Of a stretch of DNA of 64,000 nucleotides, positions 10,764 to 19,606 are shown one piece after another. Each line of letters begins with the position of its first letter. Positions within the stretch are counted from its first letter, which is position 1. The stretch lies in assembly GCA_003214935.1 (NCBI GenBank), contig QCLA01000001.1, positions 136,492 to 200,491 on the forward strand. The letters are read 5' to 3'. The position numbers and the translations under genes are program-made. The notes under the pieces were generated by a model. It saw only the letters and a list, made by a program, of their open reading frames with translations. It searched no databases and had not been told where the DNA came from. The DNA is from Prochlorococcus sp. AG-412-F02. GTDB lineage: Bacteria > Cyanobacteriota > Cyanobacteriia > PCC-6307 > Cyanobiaceae.

Positions 10764-12617
10764 GTGAACAAACGTTGGAGAAACGTAGGCCTCTACGTAA
10801 TTGCTGTTATTACTGTCATTATTATAGGTACTTCTGTTTTTGATAAATCAAGTTCTGATAATACCAGAAAAACCATAAGATATAGTGATTTCATAGAAGC
10901 TGTTCAAGATAAAGAAATTAGCAGAGTGTTAATATCACCAGACAACGCAACGGCTCAAGTAGTAGAAATCGATGGTAGCAGATCAGAAGTAAATTTAGCC
11001 CCTGATAAAGATTTACTGAAAATATTAACTGATAATAACGTTGACATAGCAGTTACTCCAACAAAGTTGTCCAATCCATGGCAACAAGCTATTAGTAGTT
11101 TAATATTCCCAGTTCTTTTAATAGGTGGACTATTCTTTCTGTTCAGGCGTTCCCAGAGCGGAAATGCTGGAGGTGGGAATCCTGCAATGAGTTTTGGTAA
11201 AAGTAAAGCTCGTCTTCAAATGGAACCATCTACACAGGTAACATTCTCAGATGTTGCAGGTGTAGAAGGTGCGAAACTAGAATTAACAGAAGTTGTGGAT
11301 TTTCTCAAGAGCCCTGATAGATTTACTGCAGTTGGAGCAAAAATACCGAAAGGTGTACTCTTGGTTGGACCTCCTGGAACAGGTAAAACTTTATTAGCAA
11401 AGGCAGTTGCTGGAGAAGCTGGAGTTCCATTTTTCTCAATATCAGGTTCTGAATTTGTTGAGATGTTTGTCGGAGTTGGTGCTAGCAGAGTAAGAGATCT
11501 TTTTGAACAAGCAAAAAAGAATGCTCCTTGTATCGTTTTTATTGATGAAATAGATGCAGTAGGAAGACAACGAGGGGCTGGAATGGGAGGAGGAAATGAT
11601 GAAAGAGAACAAACTTTAAACCAACTTCTTACTGAGATGGATGGATTTGAAGGTAATTCGGGAATAATTATTGTTGCTGCAACTAATAGACCTGATGTTT
11701 TAGATTCGGCTCTAATGCGACCAGGAAGATTTGATAGACAAGTAACCGTTGATAGACCTGATTATGCTGGAAGGTTACAAATTTTAAATGTTCATGCCAA
11801 AGATAAGACCCTTTCAAAAGATGTAGATCTTGATAAAGTTGCAAGAAGAACACCCGGTTTTACAGGAGCGGATTTAGCAAACCTTCTAAATGAAGCTGCA
11901 ATTTTAGCTGCTAGAAAAGATCTGGATACTGTTAGCAATGATGAGGTCAGTGATGCTATTGAAAGAGTAATGGCAGGGCCAGAAAAAAAAGATAGAGTTA
12001 TTAGCGATAAGAAAAAAGAATTAGTTGCTTATCATGAGGCTGGCCATGCTCTTGTAGGAGCCTTAATGCCTGATTATGACCCTGTAGCTAAAGTATCTAT
12101 AATACCTAGAGGCCAGGCAGGAGGGTTAACTTTCTTTACTCCAAGTGAAGAAAGGCTTGAATCAGGTCTTTACTCTCGTTCATACTTACAAAATCAGATG
12201 GCTGTCGCTCTTGGTGGCAGAGTTGCTGAAGAAATTGTATATGGAGAAGAAGAAGTTACCACTGGAGCATCAAATGACTTACAGCAAGTGGCTAATGTAG
12301 CGAGACAAATGATTACTAAATTTGGCATGAGTGAAAAAATAGGACCAGTTGCGTTAGGTCAATCGCAAGGAGGCATGTTTCTAGGCAGAGATATGACTGC
12401 TACAAGAGATTTCTCAGAGGATACTGCAGCAACAATAGATCTAGAGGTGGCTGAACTTGTTGATATAGCATACAAGAGAGCTACAAAGGTACTTACAGAT
12501 AACAGAACTGTCTTAGATGAAATGGCTGTCATGCTTATCGAACAAGAAACAATCGATACTGAAGATATTCAAGATTTACTTAACCGTTCTGAGGTTAAAG
12601 TTGCGAACTATATCTGA
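10764..12617 (+). CDS. ftsH: ATP-dependent zinc metalloprotease FtsH (FtsH3-type)
   Basis: Two TM segments, [25 protein letters not shown] zinc motif; MNKRWRN N-terminus. Confidence 0.97.
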   Translation: MNKRWRNVGLYVIAVITVIIIGTSVFDKSSSDNTRKTIRYSDFIEAVQDKEISRVLISPDNATAQVVEIDGSRSEVNLAPDKDLLKILTDNNVDIAVTPTKLSNPWQQAISSLIFPVLLIGGLFFLFRRSQSGNAGGGNPAMSFGKSKARLQMEPSTQVTFSDVAGVEGAKLELTEVVDFLKSPDRFTAVGAKIPKGVLLVGPPGTGKTLLAKAVAGEAGVPFFSISGSEFVEMFVGVGASRVRDLFEQAKKNAPCIVFIDEIDAVGRQRGAGMGGGNDEREQTLNQLLTEMDGFEGNSGIIIVAATNRPDVLDSALMRPGRFDRQVTVDRPDYAGRLQILNVHAKDKTLSKDVDLDKVARRTPGFTGADLANLLNEAAILAARKDLDTVSNDEVSDAIERVMAGPEKKDRVISDKKKELVAYHEAGHALVGALMPDYDPVAKVSIIPRGQAGGLTFFTPSEERLESGLYSRSYLQNQMAVALGGRVAEEIVYGEEEVTTGASNDLQQVANVARQMITKFGMSEKIGPVALGQSQGGMFLGRDMTATRDFSEDTAATIDLEVAELVDIAYKRATKVLTDNRTVLDEMAVMLIEQETIDTEDIQDLLNRSEVKVANYI

Positions 12618-12636
12618 TATAACATAATCTGATTTA

Positions 12637-13281
12637 TTGATGCAAAGTAAAAAAGATTTTTTTTCAGAAACACTTGATTTAGAATCTTTTTTTTTACTAA
12701 TAAAACCTGATAATAATATTTACTATGACAATATAAAAAAGAGAATAATTTATGGAGAAATAGAAAAAGTAATAAGTCTAGGTCTAAAAAATCTTGAAAT
12801 AAGTTGGTCTAACAATAAAAACTGGTTAGATTTTGTATACAAAATCAAGCTAAATTTTCCAACAATTAATTTAGGCTCAGCTTCAATCTTAAATAAGAAA
12901 TCAATCGATGACTCTTTAAGCATTGGATTAAAATATTCGATGATGAAATCTTGGGATAAAGATCTATTCAATTATGCGAAGGCAAAAAAACATTTATTAA
13001 TTCCTGGTATCAAAAATTTAAAAGATCTCAAAGAGGCAATAAAGTTAAATTGTAAAATCATAAAAATTTATCCTATAACAAGTAAAGATACTTCAATAGA
13101 TCTAAGTCACTATAAAAACATTGATTTCATTGCGGCTGGAGGTCTATCAGTGAATGACTTAAAGTATTACCAATCTGTCGGCTACAAGACCATTGTAATT
13201 GGTGATCAAGCCTTTAAAAATAACAAATTAGATCCAAGCATATATGGAGTGCTTAAAGAAAAATCAAATCAAAATAGATAG
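12637..13281 (+). CDS. KDPG/KHG aldolase-family protein (divergent Eda)
   Basis: LEISW (catalytic Glu), LGSASI, LIPG, IKIYP (Schiff-base Lys), AAGGL; between ftsH and aroC. Confidence 0.75.
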   Translation: MMQSKKDFFSETLDLESFFLLIKPDNNIYYDNIKKRIIYGEIEKVISLGLKNLEISWSNNKNWLDFVYKIKLNFPTINLGSASILNKKSIDDSLSIGLKYSMMKSWDKDLFNYAKAKKHLLIPGIKNLKDLKEAIKLNCKIIKIYPITSKDTSIDLSHYKNIDFIAAGGLSVNDLKYYQSVGYKTIVIGDQAFKNNKLDPSIYGVLKEKSNQNR

Positions 13282-13293
13282 ATCCAATTTAGA

Positions 13294-14391
13294 TTAATCA
13301 TTCAAAATCCTACATTGCGCATGATTAAGCAACAAATGATCTGCAAGAACTAGTGCAACCATAGCATCAACCATTGGTACTGCTCTAGGTAAGACACATG
13401 GATCATGTCTTCCTTTTGCCTTCAGCAATACTTCATTTCCATCAACATTAACAGTTTGCTGTTCTTTACCTATAGTTGCTGTTGGTTTAAAAGCTATCTT
13501 CATATCAATATTTTCTCCATTACTTATACCTCCCTGTATACCTCCAGAATTATTGGATGTTGTTCTTAATCTATTAATATTATCCGACCTAATAAATGAA
13601 TCATTATGTTCGCTACCTTTTAAAAAAGTCCCAGAGAAACCTGAACCTATTTCAAATCCCTTTGTAGCTGGCAAAGACATCAACGCCTTTGCTAAATCAG
13701 CTTCTAATTTATCAAAAACAGGCATACCTAGACCTGATGGAACATTTCTCACTAGGCATTGAACAACTCCGCCACAAGAATCTCCTTGTTTTTTCAATTG
13801 TGTTATTCTTTCAATCATTTTTGCAGCCACCTTTTCGTCAGGGCACCTAACAATATTCGAATCTATTTTGCTGATGGAAACTTTATCTTTATTAATTTCA
13901 GAATCAATATCATGTATCCTCTTTACCCAAGATAGAATTTCAGTATTAAAAAGAGTTTCCAATAATTGTTTTGCAATAGCACCTGCTGCGACTCTACCTA
14001 TGGTTTCTCTCGCAGAAGCCCTTCCACCTCCTGAACCAGCCTGAATTCCATACTTCAAATGATATGTACCATCAGCATGGGATGGTCTGAATACTTGCTC
14101 CAAATTACTATAATCTGCTGGTCTTTGATCTTTATTCCTTACCATCATTGCAATTGGAGTACCTAATGTTACTCCTTCCTTTAAGCCACTTAAAATCTCT
14201 AATTTATCTTCTTCATTTCTTGGAGTTGTAATATCACTCTGTCCAGGTCTGCGTCTATCTAATTCATTTTGTACTAAATCAATATCTATTTTCAACTTTG
14301 GTGGACATCCATCAAGAATAACTCCAACTGCCCCTCCATGTGATTCGCCAAAAGTACTAACACGAAAAATTTTGCCAAAACTACTACTCAT
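13294..14391 (-). CDS. aroC: Chorismate synthase
   Basis: FGESHG, RPSHAD, RASARET, GRHDPCV motifs; ATG at 14391. Confidence 0.97.
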   Translation of the reverse strand: MSSSFGKIFRVSTFGESHGGAVGVILDGCPPKLKIDIDLVQNELDRRRPGQSDITTPRNEEDKLEILSGLKEGVTLGTPIAMMVRNKDQRPADYSNLEQVFRPSHADGTYHLKYGIQAGSGGGRASARETIGRVAAGAIAKQLLETLFNTEILSWVKRIHDIDSEINKDKVSISKIDSNIVRCPDEKVAAKMIERITQLKKQGDSCGGVVQCLVRNVPSGLGMPVFDKLEADLAKALMSLPATKGFEIGSGFSGTFLKGSEHNDSFIRSDNINRLRTTSNNSGGIQGGISNGENIDMKIAFKPTATIGKEQQTVNVDGNEVLLKAKGRHDPCVLPRAVPMVDAMVALVLADHLLLNHAQCRILND

Positions 14392-14451
14392 AAAAATATC
14401 CAATGTTTAAGTTATATATAAATATTATATGAAACCAATTGAGAATTAAAC

Positions 14452-14482
14452 AAAAAAAAGCCCCCTTAAATTAAGGGGGCTT
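14452..14482 (-). terminator. Rho-independent terminator of psbA
   Basis: AAGCCCCCTTAA-A-TTAAGGGGGCTT perfect hairpin; A8 on + strand is a U-tail on - strand. Confidence 0.9.
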
Positions 14483-14501
14483 GTGATTTATAACTTTAGG
14501 C

Positions 14502-15584
14502 TTAACCGATAGCTGGAGCTGAAAGAGCTACTGTTGTAGACTCAGCTGCTGCTAGATCAAGTGGGAAGTTATGAGCATTACGCTCATGCATTACTTCCAT
14601 ACCTAGATTTGCTCTGTTAAGAACATCACCCCATGTAGGAACAATCTTACCGTTTGCATCAACAACTGACTGGTTGAAGTTGAAACCGTTAAGGTTGAAT
14701 GCCATTGTGCAGATACCCATTGAGGTTAACCATACACAAACAACTGGGAATATAGCTAGGAAGAAGTGAAGACTTCTACTGTTGTTGAAACTTGCATATT
14801 GGAAGATCAAACGACCAAAGTAGCCATGAGCTGCAACGATGTTGTATGTTTCTTCTTCTTGTCCGAACTTGTAACCATAGTTCTGAGACTCTGTCTCAGT
14901 TGTTTCTCTAATTAGAGATGAAGTAACAAGTGAACCATGCATAGCTGAGAATAGAGATCCTCCGAACATACCAGCAACACCAGCCATGTGGAATGGGTGC
15001 ATAAGAATGTTGTGCTCTGCCTGGAAAACAAACATGAAGTTGAATGTTCCAGAGATACCTAAAGGCATTCCGTCAGAGAATGAACCTTGACCGAATGGAT
15101 ATACAAGGAATACTGCGAAAGCTGCTGAAACTGGTGCAGAGTATGCAACACAGATCCAAGGACGCATACCTAAACGGTATGAAAGCTCCCACTGACGTCC
15201 CATATATGCTGAGATACCAATTAGGAAATGGAATATTACAAGCTGGTAAGGACCACCGTTGTATAACCACTCATCTACAGTAGCTGCTTCCCAAATTGGG
15301 TAGAAGTGTAGACCAATAGCATTTGAAGAAGGAACAACTGCACCTGAGATGATGTTGTTTCCATATAGGAATGAACCAGCAACTGGCTCTCTAATTCCGT
15401 CAATGTCTACTGGTGGTGCTGCGATGAATGCAACGATGAAGCAAGCCGCTGCTGCAAGTAGGCATGGGATCATTAAGACACCAAACCAACCAACATAAAT
15501 TCTGTTGTTAGTTGATGTTACCCACTCACAAAACTGTGGCCAACCCTTTAACAGCGAAGAACGCTGCTGCTGAATTGTTGTCAT
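14502..15584 (-). CDS. psbA: Photosystem II D1 protein
   Basis: 360 aa canonical D1; Gln130, Met205, Cys282; C-terminal HNFPLDLA processing site. Confidence 0.99.
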   Translation of the reverse strand: MTTIQQQRSSLLKGWPQFCEWVTSTNNRIYVGWFGVLMIPCLLAAAACFIVAFIAAPPVDIDGIREPVAGSFLYGNNIISGAVVPSSNAIGLHFYPIWEAATVDEWLYNGGPYQLVIFHFLIGISAYMGRQWELSYRLGMRPWICVAYSAPVSAAFAVFLVYPFGQGSFSDGMPLGISGTFNFMFVFQAEHNILMHPFHMAGVAGMFGGSLFSAMHGSLVTSSLIRETTETESQNYGYKFGQEEETYNIVAAHGYFGRLIFQYASFNNSRSLHFFLAIFPVVCVWLTSMGICTMAFNLNGFNFNQSVVDANGKIVPTWGDVLNRANLGMEVMHERNAHNFPLDLAAAESTTVALSAPAIG

Positions 15585-15770
15585 GAGTTCGTAAAATATG
15601 TCTCTAAAGCGAGACGTGTAAATAAAACGGACATTGAATCCGTTGAAAAGATTTTAGTCCAAAACAGCCAAAAATGTGTAAATAATTTTTCTCAAAGTAA
15701 ATTTTTTTTTGTAAAGAAACATAAGTGACCATTAACGTCTTAATATTTTCTTTATTATTGAGGTTTGAGC

Positions 15771-15899
15771 TTGGTCGTAATTGAATGGCTATTACATGGC
15801 AAAAGATCCAGAGAATTAGTTTCTTTAAAGGAAGCTAAGCATAGAAGACTGGAATTAGAGGCTTCTGGAGCGATTGTTTATTGGAGTGAAAGGATTTAG
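15771..15899 (+). CDS. Small hypothetical protein, 42 aa (below ORF-track cut-off)
   Basis: GAGG at 15760-15763, TTG 15771, MVVIEWLLHGKRSRELVSLKEAKHRRLELEASGAIVYWSERI, TAG 15897-15899; visibly more GC/purine-rich than AT-rich flanks. Confidence 0.72.
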   Translation: MVVIEWLLHGKRSRELVSLKEAKHRRLELEASGAIVYWSERI

Positions 15900-16012
15900 A
15901 ACAAAAAACTAATAAATCAAATATAAAGATAAACCCCAAATACTATTAAATAAACTTATCTTTGGAATAAATAATTCTTAACTTAACATCCAGATAACAA
16001 TGTTCTCATTTC

Positions 16013-16924
16013 TTAATTTATGATTTCCAAAATCTGATCGATCCATTCATTTGAAGAACAAATTACTTCTTTTTTTGTCAAACTGAGTGCAATATTTTTT
16101 TCTTTGTAAGCAACTTCACCAATAAAAACAGGCCAAGTAATATCTTGTCCTTGATATCTCAGAGTATTACCTTCAATATCTAAGAATAACGGATCTCCTT
16201 TTTTAATTACTTTCCAATCTTTATTCATTCTTTCAGGATGAATTAAACCATTAATATCACCATTTTTTGTTCTTGGATAATCAATACTTCCTTGATGAAC
16301 ATGAACAATTAATGTCTTTGGGAGTGCTATAAGATTATTTTTTAACTTGTTTATCTCTTCTCTTAAACTACTAATAATTATTAAAAATCTATTTATAATT
16401 TTTGAATCATAATAATTTTGAGCAACTGGTCCTATTTCAAGTACCAATCCACATGGCCATGCCTCAACAAGAAAGCCTGTTTGTCTTTTATCAAGTTCAT
16501 GTAAATAAATAGGTAAGCCAAATTTATTCTGTAGCAATGCAGCCAAACAAAAATCTTTAATTCTTCTTCCATATATAACAATGCTTGTTCCCATATTTGA
16601 GGTAGTAGTATGCAAATCAATGGCTATTTGACATGGGTCTTTACCATTTATCCCATATCTTTCGACTAAGAAATTAGCCCTGTTAATTTCATAATTATTT
16701 TTATTGTTATAAATATTTTGCTTATTAGAATTAAATGATCTATTTAAATCCGAGTCAATGTATCTTGAACCTTTTTCATAAGCGAGAGGATTGCCTATGA
16801 TGTACTTATATTCAATATCTTTATCAAGATTATTTTGTTCTTTCTTAAGTTGATTGCAAGCCCAAATAGGATTTATTTCATTACCATGAGTGCCAGCAAC
16901 AATAAGTATTTTTTTAATAGTCAT
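16013..16924 (-). CDS. Aspartoacylase-family protein
   Basis: GTHGNE, DLNRSF, DLHTTT, EIGPV, FIGEVAY.EK motifs. Confidence 0.92.
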   Translation of the reverse strand: MTIKKILIVAGTHGNEINPIWACNQLKKEQNNLDKDIEYKYIIGNPLAYEKGSRYIDSDLNRSFNSNKQNIYNNKNNYEINRANFLVERYGINGKDPCQIAIDLHTTTSNMGTSIVIYGRRIKDFCLAALLQNKFGLPIYLHELDKRQTGFLVEAWPCGLVLEIGPVAQNYYDSKIINRFLIIISSLREEINKLKNNLIALPKTLIVHVHQGSIDYPRTKNGDINGLIHPERMNKDWKVIKKGDPLFLDIEGNTLRYQGQDITWPVFIGEVAYKEKNIALSLTKKEVICSSNEWIDQILEIIN

Positions 16925-16949
16925 TTGTTTTCTCTCATAAAACTAGTTT

Positions 16950-17894
16950 ATGCAAAATAAATATCTTATTAAGATTGCCCAAAAATTCTGGTTTTGGTAT
17001 TGGAGAAAACTAATGAATGGTTTTGCTCCATCTGATTCACAAGGAAATTATAAAAGACCTAAAGGAATAAGACTGAATAGCAACTACGATATTAATAAAG
17101 AAAATAGATCAATTTATTTATTAATAGGAAAATCATGCCCATGGTGTCATCGAACTCTATTAGTTTATAAAATAAAAAATTTATTCCAACACATTAAAGT
17201 TATCTTTTTAAGACCTGATATTGAACATGGTGAATGGGTATTTGAAAAAAAATTTAAAGGATGCAATAGACTTTCTGAATTTTATAAAAAAGCTCATAAA
17301 AATAGCATTTTCAGAGCAACATTACCTCTATTAATTAGTTTTGAAAATAATGAAATCAATGTTTTATCTAATGAGAGTTCAGATATAATTCAATTATTAA
17401 ATTCAATAAAAAAAGAATCTATACATCAATCAAGACATATCAAAAATTGTAATCAAGAAATATTAGATCTAATTCACTACAACATTAATGATGGAGTTTA
17501 TAAATGCGGATTTGCAAGAAACCAGTCATCCTATGAAAGAGCAAGTAAAAGTCTTTTTGAAGCCTTAAGCAAGATAGAATCCAAATTAAATAATAATAAG
17601 AGTGGATGGATTTGTGGAAAGAATTTAACTTATGCAGATATTTACCTTTTCCCAACTCTTGTAAGGTGGGAATTGGTTTATAGCAAACTTTTTAAATGCA
17701 CTGAAAAAGATTTATTAGATTTCCGAAATATTCTTGAATGGAGATTAAAATTTTTCGCATTTCCTAACGTGAATGAAACATGTTTTGAGAATGAATGGAA
17801 AGAAGACTATTACAAAGCTTTATTCCCCCTAAACCCTAATCAAATCAGACCAATTTTGCCATCACTAAAGGAAATAATTAATATACGTGCCTAG
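16950..17894 (+). CDS. Glutathione S-transferase, glutathionyl-hydroquinone reductase (YqjG/ECM4-like) family
   Basis: CPWCHR active site, NESSDII, INDGVYKCGFA..Q..YE, LTYADI.LFPTL.RW. Confidence 0.88.
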   Translation: MQNKYLIKIAQKFWFWYWRKLMNGFAPSDSQGNYKRPKGIRLNSNYDINKENRSIYLLIGKSCPWCHRTLLVYKIKNLFQHIKVIFLRPDIEHGEWVFEKKFKGCNRLSEFYKKAHKNSIFRATLPLLISFENNEINVLSNESSDIIQLLNSIKKESIHQSRHIKNCNQEILDLIHYNINDGVYKCGFARNQSSYERASKSLFEALSKIESKLNNNKSGWICGKNLTYADIYLFPTLVRWELVYSKLFKCTEKDLLDFRNILEWRLKFFAFPNVNETCFENEWKEDYYKALFPLNPNQIRPILPSLKEIINIRA

Positions 17895-18025
17895 TCAATT
17901 TCAATAAAATTAATAGCTGACAAAATCATAATGTTGTAATGCTCACTTATTTTATTCATAGATAATGCAAATTCATTTGAAATTAACTATCTTATGTATG
18001 TCTACTAAAGTACGAAAGGCTTCAA

Positions 18026-18244
18026 ATGAAATCCATTGACGAACACATTCAAAAAGATCAATCGGAAATAGAATCTGCCAAAGCAGAGGGAAATCTTCCA
18101 AAGGTCAGACATTTAACTGAAGAACTAAAGGAACTCGAGGAATATAAAGATCATCATCCAGAGGATAAGCATGATCCCAATGCGTTAGAGTTATTCTGTG
18201 AGGCCAATCCTGACGAGCCTGAATGTTTAGTATATGACGATTAA
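18026..18244 (+). CDS. cp12: CP12 Calvin-cycle regulator (marine type, C-terminal Cys pair only)
   Basis: C-terminal LELFCEANPDEPECLVYDD CP12 motif. Confidence 0.92.
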   Translation: MKSIDEHIQKDQSEIESAKAEGNLPKVRHLTEELKELEEYKDHHPEDKHDPNALELFCEANPDEPECLVYDD

Positions 18245-18267
18245 CTTTGCAAAATATTGATTGATAC

Positions 18268-18296
18268 AAAAAAGGGCAATTAGATGCCCTTTTTTT
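18268..18296. terminator. Bidirectional rho-independent terminator
   Basis: AAAAAAGGGCA-attaga-TGCCCTTTTTTT between convergent cp12 and the 60-aa gene. Confidence 0.85.
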
Positions 18297-18311
18297 ATTT
18301 TAAAAATTATT

Positions 18312-18494
18312 TTAATAGTCCCTATTAAAATCAGATGGGCTCCCAGTTAGGGAACATACAACAGACTCTTCATTTTTCATCTCTTTTATTTCAACTATAG
18401 GTCTTCCTCTTTTCTTCAAAACTTCAATATCATTAATGGTTTGACATCTGGCTATTAATTTTCCTTGTTGATCAAAACAACTGTAGAAATTCAT
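18312..18494 (-). CDS. Small conserved hypothetical protein (3 Cys)
   Basis: 60 aa ORF filling the gap between obg and the terminator; YSCFD..G..IARCQ and VVCSLTGSPSDFN segments. Confidence 0.75.
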   Translation of the reverse strand: MNFYSCFDQQGKLIARCQTINDIEVLKKRGRPIVEIKEMKNEESVVCSLTGSPSDFNRDY

Positions 18495-18582
18495 ATTTCA
18501 TGTAAAAGAATTATCTTATTTATGGCTAATTTTCTCAATTAAATCAAGTATATTAATTAAAAAAATAAAATATATGAAAAAG

Positions 18583-19566
18583 TTAAATCCTATGCCAGAC
18601 CTCAGAGAGTAATGAAGATAAACCTTTTTGCAAAGATGAAGAAATAACTAAAACTTTTTTTTGAGATATTTTTTCTAATTTTTTTGTGATGATTTTCAGA
18701 TAGTTTTCATCTACAAGCTCCATCTTATTAAGTACAACTATTCTCTCTTTATTCAAAAGGCCTCTTCCATATTGTTTTAATTCTTGCTCAATTATTTCAA
18801 AATCATTAATAGGATTTTCTGCTATTGAGTCAATCATATGTATAAGTATCTTAGTTCTTTGTATATGTCTTAAAAAATCATGTCCTAAACCTACCCCATC
18901 AGCTGCTCCTGATATTAATCCTGGTATATCAGCGAAAAGGCATCCGTTACCATCTGACTTTCTTACGACACCTAAATTGGGTATTAAAGTTGTAAAAGGA
19001 TAGTTTGCAATTTTAGGTCGAGCAGATGACAAAACAGAAATCAAGGTGCTTTTACCTGCATTTGGCAGACCTATAATCCCTACCTCAGCAAGAAGTTTTA
19101 ATTCTAATTGAACCTCCCAAATCTCTCCATCTTTACCTTCAGTGAAAGATTCGGGGGCCCTATTTTGGTTGCTCAAATAGTAAGCATTACCATGTCCACC
19201 TCTACCTCCATAGGCAACAGTTAAGCTCTGCTTATCTTGAGTTAAATCTCCTATAATAATTCCCGTATTAACATCTCTAATTTCAGTACCACATGGGACT
19301 TTTAGTATTGTATCTTCTCCTGCGGCTCCAGATCTTTTGTTAGGGCCTCCTTTACAACCATCTTTTGCAAATATTTCCCTTTTGAATTTAAAATCTAAAA
19401 GTGTTTGAAGATTACTATCGGCGATTAATATAATTGAACCACCTTTACCGCCATTCCCTCCTGAGGGGCCACCAGCTGGAACAAATTTTTCTCTTCTAAA
19501 TGAAACTATTCCATTACCCCCCTTCCCAGCTTTAAGAATAATTTTTGCTTGATCAATAAATTGCAC
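18583..19566 (-). CDS. obgE: GTPase Obg/CgtA
   Basis: Gly-rich Obg fold, [21 protein letters not shown]. Confidence 0.97.
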   Translation of the reverse strand: MQFIDQAKIILKAGKGGNGIVSFRREKFVPAGGPSGGNGGKGGSIILIADSNLQTLLDFKFKREIFAKDGCKGGPNKRSGAAGEDTILKVPCGTEIRDVNTGIIIGDLTQDKQSLTVAYGGRGGHGNAYYLSNQNRAPESFTEGKDGEIWEVQLELKLLAEVGIIGLPNAGKSTLISVLSSARPKIANYPFTTLIPNLGVVRKSDGNGCLFADIPGLISGAADGVGLGHDFLRHIQRTKILIHMIDSIAENPINDFEIIEQELKQYGRGLLNKERIVVLNKMELVDENYLKIITKKLEKISQKKVLVISSSLQKGLSSLLSEVWHRI

Positions 19567-19606
19567 TTAAAAACCTTATGAATAGTTTTTCTAAATAATT
19601 TAAATT

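Noticed and set aside
15044-15283. Short ORFs within psbA (both strands)
   Set aside because: Off-frame or antisense by-products of D1 codon usage
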